This document shows, one piece after another, positions 48,677 to 56,674 of a DNA stretch of 64,000 nucleotides. Source of the DNA: an uncultured Actinomycetes bacterium. Its GTDB lineage: Bacteria > Actinomycetota > Thermoleophilia > Gaiellales > JAICJC01. Position 1 is the stretch's first letter; each line of letters begins with the position of its first letter. The translations under genes were made by a program, and so were the position numbers. The notes beneath the pieces were generated by a model. The model searched no databases and was not told the origin of the DNA. It was given only the letters and a program-made list of their open reading frames with translations. The stretch spans positions 3,601,259 through 3,665,258 of the forward strand of contig OY969804.1 in NCBI GenBank assembly GCA_963703275.1. Direction: 5' to 3'.

Positions 48677-50071
48677 CTACGGGAGGACGTCCAGGTACTC
48701 CTTGACGTCCCAGTCGCTGACCTCCGCGCAGTACCGCTCCCACTCGTCGTTCTTGTAGTGGGTGAACACGCGGTGCATCTCGCCGGGCAGCGCCGACTTC
48801 ACCAGCTCGTCCTGGTCGAGGGCCTGCAGGGCCTCGCCCAGCGTCATCGGCACCTTCTCCACCTTCTTACCGGCCTCGATCGCCTCGTAGATGTTGCCCT
48901 CCTCGGGAGCGCCGGGGTCGAGCGAGCGGGTGATGCCGTCCTCCATCGCCACGGTCAGCGCACCGAGCGCCAGGTACGGGTTGACCGCGGAGTCGACCGA
49001 CCGGTACTCGAACCGGTCGGGAGACGAGACGCGCAGCGCGGTGGTGCGGTTCTGGTAACCCCAGTCGGCGAACACCGGCGCCCAGAAGCCCTGCTCCCAG
49101 AAGCGCCGGTACGAGTTGACGGTCGGCGCCGTGATGCACGTCAGGGCGCGCAGGTGCTCGAGGATGCCGCCGATCGCGTTCAGGCCGAGCTGCGACGGCA
49201 TGCGCGGGTTGTCCCCCTCGGGCAGGAAGAGGTTCGTATCGCCCTTCCACAGCGACAGGTTGGTGTGGCAGCCGTTGGCCGAGACGCCCATGAACGGCTT
49301 GGGCATGAAGCAGGGGAAGGCGTCCATCTCGCGCCCGACGGCCTTGCACACCTGGCGGAAGGTGCTCAGGTTGTCGGCGGTCAGCTCGGCGCGGTCGAAG
49401 CCGAAGTTGAGCTCGATCTGGCCGGGGGCGTCCTCGTGGTCGCCCTGGATCATGTCGAGCCCGAGCTTGCCGCAGTACTCGACCACCTTGTGGATGATCG
49501 GCTGGAGCTCGGAGAACTGGTCGATGTGGTAGCAGTAGGGCTTGGTCTTGCCCTCGACCGACGGCGTGCCGTCCGGGTTCAGCTTGAGCCACATCATCTC
49601 GGGCTCCATGCCGGCGCGCAGGTGCATCCCGGTGCGTGCCTCGAGGTCGGCCTGGATCCGGCGCAGGTTGCCGCGGCAGTCCGAGGTGAGCACCGCGCCG
49701 GGGCCTTCGAGATCCTCGCGGTTGCGGAAACAGGTGCACCACACGCGCGCGACCTTCGCGTCCCACGGCAGGGGTGCGAACGTCTCGGGCTCGGGAATTC
49801 CCACGAGCTCCCAGGCCTCGGGGCCGTAGCCGATGTAGTCGCCATGGCGGTCGACGAACAGGTTGGCCGTCGAGCCGTAGACGAGCTGGAACCCCTTCTG
49901 CGCGATCGTCTCCCAGTGCTTCGCCGGCACGCCCTTGCCCATGATCCGGCCCGTGACCGAGATGAACTGGTAGTAGATGTAGGTGATGCCCTCGGCGTCG
50001 ATGCGGCGGCGAACGTCGGCCACCTGCTCCGCCCTTCCCGGGGCCTCGACGAACTGGTCGAGGTCGCTCAC
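48677..50071 (-). CDS. Glutamine synthetase family protein (gamma-glutamyl-amide synthetase, GmaS-like role)
   Basis: GMEPE, DHEDAPGQIE, FMPKP, NGCH, WGYQNRT, RFEYR; GGGAGG SD; upstream of the mgsABC-like genes. Confidence 0.88.
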   Translation of the reverse strand: MSDLDQFVEAPGRAEQVADVRRRIDAEGITYIYYQFISVTGRIMGKGVPAKHWETIAQKGFQLVYGSTANLFVDRHGDYIGYGPEAWELVGIPEPETFAPLPWDAKVARVWCTCFRNREDLEGPGAVLTSDCRGNLRRIQADLEARTGMHLRAGMEPEMMWLKLNPDGTPSVEGKTKPYCYHIDQFSELQPIIHKVVEYCGKLGLDMIQGDHEDAPGQIELNFGFDRAELTADNLSTFRQVCKAVGREMDAFPCFMPKPFMGVSANGCHTNLSLWKGDTNLFLPEGDNPRMPSQLGLNAIGGILEHLRALTCITAPTVNSYRRFWEQGFWAPVFADWGYQNRTTALRVSSPDRFEYRSVDSAVNPYLALGALTVAMEDGITRSLDPGAPEEGNIYEAIEAGKKVEKVPMTLGEALQALDQDELVKSALPGEMHRVFTHYKNDEWERYCAEVSDWDVKEYLDVLP

Positions 50072-50168
50072 GGATCCCTCCCTTGGTCGTTCTTGCCAGT
50101 GCGCAGGCTACGTGGCGGGCGGGCCCGGTACAAGTGGCAGGTTGCGACACTCGCGGGTGGCGCGGGTG

Positions 50169-51014
50169 TTAATTCTCGATCGGGGTGTCGTCGCGGCCGC
50201 CCCACTCGTTCCACGAGCCGTCGTAGACGGCCGCCGCGGGGCCGCCCGCGAGCGCGAGCGCGTTTGCGACCGCGGTCGCCGAGACGCCGCCGTTGCAGTA
50301 GACGACCACCGGCCGGTCGACCCGCTCGACGTCGACACCCGCATCGGCGAAGGCCTGGCGCAGCTCCGCCGGCGGCAGGAACGGGCCGTCGCCGGCGAGC
50401 AGGCCGCGGTAGGGCACATTGACCGCGCCCGGGATGTGCCCGTGGCGGCGGGCGTGGCTTTCGATCCCCGCGTACTCGTCGTGCGGGCGGGCGTCGAGGA
50501 TCAGCACGTCCCGATCGAGCGCGGCCCGCATCTCGTCCAGACCCCACATCTGCGGACCCCGCTCGCCCGGCTCGTAGGGCGGATCGGCGGGCGCCGCGGC
50601 CTCGTCGCCCTCGCGCAACGCGTGGCCCGCTGCCACCCAGGCGCCGAGGCCGCCGTCGAGGATGTGTGCGCGGCGATGGCCGTAGGTGCGCAGGGCCCAG
50701 ACGATCCGGCCGGCGAGGATGTTGCGGTAGTCGTCGTAGGCAACCACGACGGAGTCGTTGCGGATGCCGAGCCGGGTCGCGTCGGCGGCGAAGACGGCGG
50801 GCGGCGCGAGCTGCACGGGCACCGGGTCGTCGCGATCGGCGAAGTCGCGGCGCCAGTCGACGAAGACGGCGCCGGGGATGTGGCCGGCGCGGTACGCCTC
50901 GGGCTCGGCCCGGTAGCGCGGCTCCTGCGGCATGACCCGCCCGCGCACGTCCAAGAGCCGGACGGTGTCGCCCTGCTCGTCCAGGAAGGCCGGCGTGACG
51001 AGGACGTCGTCCAC
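50169..51014 (-). CDS. Tandem-domain sulfurtransferase (rhodanese/SseA)
   Basis: GHIPGA twice, YCNGGVSA active-site Cys, YDGSWNEW. Confidence 0.93.
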   Translation of the reverse strand: MDDVLVTPAFLDEQGDTVRLLDVRGRVMPQEPRYRAEPEAYRAGHIPGAVFVDWRRDFADRDDPVPVQLAPPAVFAADATRLGIRNDSVVVAYDDYRNILAGRIVWALRTYGHRRAHILDGGLGAWVAAGHALREGDEAAAPADPPYEPGERGPQMWGLDEMRAALDRDVLILDARPHDEYAGIESHARRHGHIPGAVNVPYRGLLAGDGPFLPPAELRQAFADAGVDVERVDRPVVVYCNGGVSATAVANALALAGGPAAAVYDGSWNEWGGRDDTPIEN

Positions 51015-51029
51015 GCCCGGATGGTACGC

Positions 51030-51060
51030 GCGCCAAAAGGGGTCTGACCCCGTTTGGCGC
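51030..51060. repeat. REP-like palindrome GCGCCAAA-A-GGGGTCTGACCCC-G-TTTGGCGC
   Basis: Near-perfect 31-bp palindrome between two divergent -10 boxes. Confidence 0.7.
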
Positions 51061-51076
51061 GGGTAGGGTGGCGGGC

Positions 51077-52132
51077 GTGGGGATTGAGGATCGCTTCTGG
51101 GAGCCGATCTCGGATGCCGAGGTGCGCGGCGTGGTGGGCGAGGACGCCGAGGCGGTCGCCCGGCACCGGCGGTGGCTCTTCGCCGTCGCCCGCTGTCGCA
51201 CCCCCGCGGGCGACGTCTACCTCAAGCGCCAGCCGCCGATGGGCCGCGACATCGAGCAGGTCCGGCGCCAGCACCGGCTGACGAACCACCTGGCCGACCG
51301 GGGCGTGCCGGCGGCACGGGCGGTGGGCCTGGTCGAGGCCGCCGGTCTCTGGTACGAGCTGCACGAGCCGGCTGCGGGCGAGGACGTCTACTCGGGGACC
51401 GATACCTGGGACCCGTTCGACCGTGACGCCCATGTCGTCTCGGCCGGTCGGATGCTGGCCCGTCTGCACGCGGCCGGGGCCGACTTCCCCGACCGCACGC
51501 CCCAGCAGCAGGCCGGCTTCGTCGTCCAGGTCGGGATGGTCGCGCTCGATCCGGTTGCCGCCGTCGAGCGGCTGGCGGCGCTGCGCCCGGCGGTCGCCGA
51601 TTACCTCGCCACCCGTACCTGGCGCCCCCCGGTCGCCGAGGCGTACACCGCGCTCTTCGATCGCCTTCGGCCCTACCTGTCCGGGCTGCCGGAGCGGCCG
51701 CTGCACGGCGACTGGCAGACCAACAACCTGTTCTTCGCGGGCGATGAGTGCGCAGGGATCATCGACTTCCACCAGGCCGACCACGCCCCCCGCCTGCTCG
51801 ACCTCGCCACCGCGGTCGAGCGCAACTGCTTCTTCTGGAACCGGATCTCGGACGGCGATGACACGGCCTTCGATCTGCGCCAGGCCGAGCTCCTCGTGCG
51901 TGCCTACGACGCCGAGACGCCGCTCGAGCCGATCGAGCGGGTCGTGCTGGCCGACATGCTCGCCGTCTGCCAGTTCGAGTACGGGATCTCGTTCCTGGAC
52001 TACTACGCGGGCGTCGAGCGCGACCGCGCCAAGGCCGACTGGGCCTGGTCGGACTTCGTGCTCGGACATGCCCGCTGGTGGGGCTCGCCCGTGGGCCTCA
52101 CGGCGGCGGACGCGATCAGGGCATGGTGGTGA
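51077..52132 (+). CDS. Phosphotransferase (APH/type II homoserine kinase-like)
   Basis: YLKR, LARLH, LHGDWQTNN, IIDF; -10 TAGGGT 7 nt before GTG 51077. Confidence 0.85.
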   Translation: MGIEDRFWEPISDAEVRGVVGEDAEAVARHRRWLFAVARCRTPAGDVYLKRQPPMGRDIEQVRRQHRLTNHLADRGVPAARAVGLVEAAGLWYELHEPAAGEDVYSGTDTWDPFDRDAHVVSAGRMLARLHAAGADFPDRTPQQQAGFVVQVGMVALDPVAAVERLAALRPAVADYLATRTWRPPVAEAYTALFDRLRPYLSGLPERPLHGDWQTNNLFFAGDECAGIIDFHQADHAPRLLDLATAVERNCFFWNRISDGDDTAFDLRQAELLVRAYDAETPLEPIERVVLADMLAVCQFEYGISFLDYYAGVERDRAKADWAWSDFVLGHARWWGSPVGLTAADAIRAWW

Positions 52133-52136
52133 GCGC

Positions 52137-52169
52137 GTGAATATTTGGTGCCTGGCACCGGTTATTCAC
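52137..52169. repeat. 33-bp REP-like palindrome GTGAATATTTGGTGCCTGGCACCGGTTATTCAC
   Basis: Between convergent genes; supplies the TAA stop of the PabB-like gene; near-identical to 37792-37824. Confidence 0.75.
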
Positions 52170-53202
52170 CGGGGCGCAGGAGGGTCATAAGGGGGCGGGC
52201 CTTCACCAGCGACTCCTCGACCTCGGCGGCCGGGTCGGAGTCCCAGACGATGCCGCCGCCGACCCACAGGTGCAGCCCGCCGTCGGCCACCGCCACCGTG
52301 CGGATCGTGAGGCCGAGATCGAGGTCGCCGTTTGGGTGGACGATGCCCAGCGCGCCCATCGAGGCGCCGCGGCCGACCGGCTCCAGGCGGGCGATGTGGT
52401 TGATCGCCGCCACCTTGGGCGCGCCGGTGACCGAGCCGCCCGGGAACGTCGCGCGCAGCAGTTCCGCCAGGCCGACGCCGGGGCGCAGAAAGCCCTCGAC
52501 GGTCGAGACCATGTGGCGGACGCCCGCCATCGGCCGTTCGGCCAGGTACTCGGCCACGCGGACGCTGCCCGGCCGGCAGACGCGGCCGAGATCGTTGCGC
52601 TCGAGGTCGACGATCATCACGTGCTCGGCGCGGTCCTTGGCGCTCTCGGCGATCGGCTCGCCGGCGTCCGCCGGCCGCGTGCCCTTGATCGGCATCGTCC
52701 GCGCGCGGTCACCGCGGGTCTGCAGGAAGAGCTCCGGAGTGGCCGACACGATCGACCAGCCGTCTCCGTGCAGGGCGTGCGCCCACGGCGCATCGAGGGC
52801 TGCGAGCGCGGGCTCGAGCGCTGCCGGCGAGCCCTGAAACGGCGCGTACATGTGCTGCACCAGGTTGACCTGGTAGACGTCTCCGCGGGCGATCGCCGCG
52901 CGCACCTGGTCGACGGCCGCCGCATGCTCGGCGGCCGTCCACGTGGGCACGAACTCCCCGATCCGGAACGTCCCGGGCGAGGCGGGGCGCGGGTCGGCCG
53001 GACGCACCCGGCAGGCGGCCAGCGGCAGCTGGGCGCACGGCTCAGGTGGCCGCGGCTCGTACACGCCGGGCATGGTCGCGGCCAGCCGGTAGCCGAGATA
53101 GAGGTCGGCCACCATCCCCACCGGGGGGTCCGCGCTGCCGAAACCGTGGCCGGCCAGGAAGCGCTCGATCTGGTCCAGGGGATCACCGGCCGGGGACTCC
53201 AA
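52162..53202 (-). CDS. Chorismate-binding protein (PabB / anthranilate synthase component I family); start uncertain
   Basis: GDVYQVNL, ATPELF, PIKGTR, EHVMIVDLERNDL, FPGGSVTGAPK, GGGIV. Confidence 0.9.
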   Translation of the reverse strand: MESPAGDPLDQIERFLAGHGFGSADPPVGMVADLYLGYRLAATMPGVYEPRPPEPCAQLPLAACRVRPADPRPASPGTFRIGEFVPTWTAAEHAAAVDQVRAAIARGDVYQVNLVQHMYAPFQGSPAALEPALAALDAPWAHALHGDGWSIVSATPELFLQTRGDRARTMPIKGTRPADAGEPIAESAKDRAEHVMIVDLERNDLGRVCRPGSVRVAEYLAERPMAGVRHMVSTVEGFLRPGVGLAELLRATFPGGSVTGAPKVAAINHIARLEPVGRGASMGALGIVHPNGDLDLGLTIRTVAVADGGLHLWVGGGIVWDSDPAAEVEESLVKARPLMTLLRPGE

Positions 53203-53267
53203 AACCAGCCAGCGGTCGCTTGCGCGCGGGGTGAGCGTGCCGGCGGCGATGCACGTATGGTAGGCGC

Positions 53268-54197
53268 GTGGACGCGCTCGAGGTCTCGAATCCCCCGACG
53301 GCCGACGACCTGGAGAAGATCGCCGAGCGAGTCCCCGACCTGCGCGGCTACCCGCTGCGGGCGGAGCCGCTGCCGGGTGGGCTCACGAATCTCAACTACC
53401 GCGTCCACGGCGCGCCCCGGGAGTACGTCCTGCGCGTGACCGGCGAGGCCGAGATGCTGGGGGCCGACCGCGAGGCCGAATACGCCGCAACGGTGATCGC
53501 CGGGGGGCTCGGCATCGGGCCCCAGGTGCTGGCATACCTGCGGCCCGAGAAGATCCTGATCACCCGGTTCGTCGACGGGGTCGGCGTGCCGCCCGAGCAG
53601 CTGCGCACGACCGCGATGATCGGCCAGGTGGCGGCGACGCTCCGGCGCCTGCACCAGGGCCCGCCGGTGCCGGCCTCGTTCTCGGCCTTCGGCATCGTCG
53701 AGACCTATCGCGACAACGCGCGCTGGCTGGGGGTGGAGCTGCCGGACGCGTTCGCGTGGTCGTGGGAGCGGGCCGAGGAGATGCGCGCTGCGCTCGCCGC
53801 CGCGCCGCCGGAGCCGTGTCTGTGCCACAACGATCTCCTGAACGCGAACTTCCTGCTCGAGGACGGGCGCCTGCTGATCGTCGACTGGGAGTACGCGGGC
53901 ATGGGCGACCCGTTCTTCGACCTGGCCAACTTCTCGGCCAATCACGACCTGTCCGAGGATGACGACCGGGTGCTCCTGCGGGCCTACCTGGGCCGGGTGC
54001 TCGAGCGCGACATCGCCCGGCTGCGGCTGATGCGGATCATGTCGGACTTCCGGGAGGCGATGTGGGGCGTCGTCCAACAGGGGCTTCGCACCACCGACGC
54101 CGACTACGTCGCCTACGCCGGCCAGTTCTTCGGCCGCCTGCGCGAGCGGGCCTCCGACGAGCGCTACCCGAAGTGGATCGCGCTCCTTGCCGGTTGA
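53268..54197 (+). CDS. Choline/ethanolamine kinase family
   Basis: GGLTNLNY, CHNDLLNANF, VDWEYAG.GD. Confidence 0.88.
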   Translation: MDALEVSNPPTADDLEKIAERVPDLRGYPLRAEPLPGGLTNLNYRVHGAPREYVLRVTGEAEMLGADREAEYAATVIAGGLGIGPQVLAYLRPEKILITRFVDGVGVPPEQLRTTAMIGQVAATLRRLHQGPPVPASFSAFGIVETYRDNARWLGVELPDAFAWSWERAEEMRAALAAAPPEPCLCHNDLLNANFLLEDGRLLIVDWEYAGMGDPFFDLANFSANHDLSEDDDRVLLRAYLGRVLERDIARLRLMRIMSDFREAMWGVVQQGLRTTDADYVAYAGQFFGRLRERASDERYPKWIALLAG

Positions 54198-54230
54198 CCG
54201 GTCTAGACCGGTTGTGGGAGGCTTGCGGGC

Positions 54231-56657
54231 GTGAGGGACGAGGCGCAGGCGGTCGTCATCGGCGGCGGGGTGGGCGGCTGCAGCATCCTCTACCACCTGG
54301 CCAAGCTCGGCTGGCGCGACGTCGTCCTGGTCGAGCAGTACGGCCTCACGCACGGCTCGACCTGGCATTCGGCCGGCCTGGTCGGCCAGCTGCGCTCGAC
54401 GGTCAGCCTGACCAAGATGATGCAGTACTCGGTCGGCCTCTACGCCGACCTTGCCCGCGAGACCGGCAAGGATCCCGGCTGGCACCAGCTTGGCGGCCTG
54501 CGCCTGGCGTCGTCGCGCGAGCGCTACGAGGAGATCCAGCGCCAGGCCGGCTGGGCCAAGAGCTTTGGCCTCGAGATGGAGCTCGTGTCGCCCGCCGAGG
54601 CGCAGGCGATGTTCCCGCCAATGTCCACCGACGGCGTGGTCGCGGCCGCCTTCATCCCGCTCGACGGCTATCTCGATCCCAGCCAGCTCACCTTCGCGCT
54701 GGCCGACGGCGCCCGCCTGCTCGGGGCCGACATCGAGCAGCGCACACGCGTCACCGGGATCACCCTCCGCAACGGGCGGGTGCACGAGGTGGTCACCGAC
54801 AAGGGCACGATCCGCACCGACGTCGTCGTGAACGCGGGCGGCATGTACGCCCCCCAGATCGGGCGGATGGTGGGCGTGCAGGTGCCGATCATCACCTATG
54901 GGCACGAGTTCCTGGTCACCGAGGCGTTCGACCCGGCGCTCGAGCCGCTGCCGACGCTGCGGGATCCCGACCGGCTCGTGTACTTCCGCACCGAGGTGGG
55001 CGGCCTGATCATGGGCGGCTACGAGCGCAATCCCGCGCCGTGGGCGCTCGACGGCGTGCCGGACGGGTTCGAGGCGCAGCTTCTGCCCGAGGACTGGCCC
55101 CGGTTCGAGCCGCTGCTCGAAAACGCCGTCGAGCGGGTGCCGGCGATGGAATCGGCCGAGGTGCGCAAGCTCTACAACGGGCCCGAGGCGTTCACTCCCG
55201 ACGGCGAGTTCATCCTGGGCGAGTCCGACGTGCCCGGCTTCTGGGTGGCCGCCGGTTTCTGCGCCCACGGCCTGGCCGGCGCGGGCGGGATGGGCTGGCA
55301 GGTGGCCGAGTGGGTCGTCCACGGCGAGCCCAGCCTCGACCTGTGGCACATGGACAGCCGCCGCTTCGGCCGCCAGTACCGCAGCCGTGACTACACGCTG
55401 GCGCGGGCCACCGAGGTGTACTCGACCTACTACGACATCAAGTACCCCAACCACGAGCGCACCGCCGGCCGGCCGCTGCGGCTCTCGCCCGCCTACGCGC
55501 GGCTGACCGACCTGGGCGCGAGCTTTGGCGAGAAGTCCGGGTGGGAGCGGGCGAACTGGTTCGAGCCGAACGCCGCCCTCGGCGACGAGAGCCTGCGGCC
55601 GCGCGGGTGGGCGGGCCAGAACTGGTCGCCGGCCATCCATGCCGAGGCGATCGCCACCCGCGAGCGTGCCGGCCTCTTCGACGAGACGTCGTTCGCGAAG
55701 ATCGAGGTCACCGGGCCCGGCGCGGCCGCCTACCTGCAGCGGCTGTGCGCGAACGATGTCGACCGGGCGCCCGGGTCGGTCACCTACACCCAGATGCTGA
55801 ACAGCCGCGGCGGCATCGAATGCGACTTCACCGTGACGCGGCTCGGCGAGCACCGCTTCCGCATCGTCACCGGCACCGCTTTCGGAAACCACGACCTGGG
55901 CTGGATCCGGGGGCACATGCCCACCGACGGCTCGGTCGAGGTGGCCGACGTGACCTCGGCGTACGCCTGTCTCGGCCTGTGGGGCCCGCGGGCGCGCGAC
56001 ATCCTGCAGCCGCTCACCACGTCCGACCTGTCCAATGCGGGCCTGCCGTACATGCGTGCTGCCGAGATCGCGGTCGTGCACGTGCCCTGCCTGGCGGTGC
56101 GGGTCACCTACGTCGGCGAGCTCGGCTGGGAGCTCTACTGCCCGACCGAGTACGGCGCGGCGCTGTGGGACGCGATCTGGGAGTCGGGACGCGGCCATGG
56201 CATGCTCGCCGCCGGCTACCGCGCCATCGACGCGCTCCGGGTCGAGAAGGGCTACCGCGTGTGGGGCGCCGACATCACCCCCGAGGACACGCCCGACGAG
56301 GCCGGCCTCGGCTTTGCGGTGAAGCCCGAGAAGGGCATCGAGTTCATCGGCCGCGACGCCCTGCTGCGCGCCCGCGAGCAGGAGCCCGGCCGGCGGCTGT
56401 GCTGCCTGGCGCTGCACGATCCCGCGGCAGTCACGCTGGGCTCCGAGCCGGTCCGGGCCGGCGGCGAACTGGCCGGGCGGGTGACCAGCGGCGGCTACGG
56501 CTTTGCGGTCGGGCGCTCGCTCGCCTACGCCTATCTGCCCGCCGCCGTCGCCGCGGTGGGAACGGCCGTCGAGGTCGAGGTGTTCTCGGACTGGGTGGCC
56601 GCGGAGGTCGTCGCGGAGCCCGCCTGGGACCCCCGGGGCGAACGCATACGCCAGTAG
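54231..56657 (+). CDS. GcvT-family FAD oxidoreductase (dimethylglycine/sarcosine dehydrogenase-like)
   Basis: IGGGVGG, GSTWHSAG, FTPDG, GWERANW, YVGELGWE, LRVEKGY. Confidence 0.92.
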   Translation: MRDEAQAVVIGGGVGGCSILYHLAKLGWRDVVLVEQYGLTHGSTWHSAGLVGQLRSTVSLTKMMQYSVGLYADLARETGKDPGWHQLGGLRLASSRERYEEIQRQAGWAKSFGLEMELVSPAEAQAMFPPMSTDGVVAAAFIPLDGYLDPSQLTFALADGARLLGADIEQRTRVTGITLRNGRVHEVVTDKGTIRTDVVVNAGGMYAPQIGRMVGVQVPIITYGHEFLVTEAFDPALEPLPTLRDPDRLVYFRTEVGGLIMGGYERNPAPWALDGVPDGFEAQLLPEDWPRFEPLLENAVERVPAMESAEVRKLYNGPEAFTPDGEFILGESDVPGFWVAAGFCAHGLAGAGGMGWQVAEWVVHGEPSLDLWHMDSRRFGRQYRSRDYTLARATEVYSTYYDIKYPNHERTAGRPLRLSPAYARLTDLGASFGEKSGWERANWFEPNAALGDESLRPRGWAGQNWSPAIHAEAIATRERAGLFDETSFAKIEVTGPGAAAYLQRLCANDVDRAPGSVTYTQMLNSRGGIECDFTVTRLGEHRFRIVTGTAFGNHDLGWIRGHMPTDGSVEVADVTSAYACLGLWGPRARDILQPLTTSDLSNAGLPYMRAAEIAVVHVPCLAVRVTYVGELGWELYCPTEYGAALWDAIWESGRGHGMLAAGYRAIDALRVEKGYRVWGADITPEDTPDEAGLGFAVKPEKGIEFIGRDALLRAREQEPGRRLCCLALHDPAAVTLGSEPVRAGGELAGRVTSGGYGFAVGRSLAYAYLPAAVAAVGTAVEVEVFSDWVAAEVVAEPAWDPRGERIRQ

Positions 56658-56674
56658 AGCGGTACGCTTGCCCG

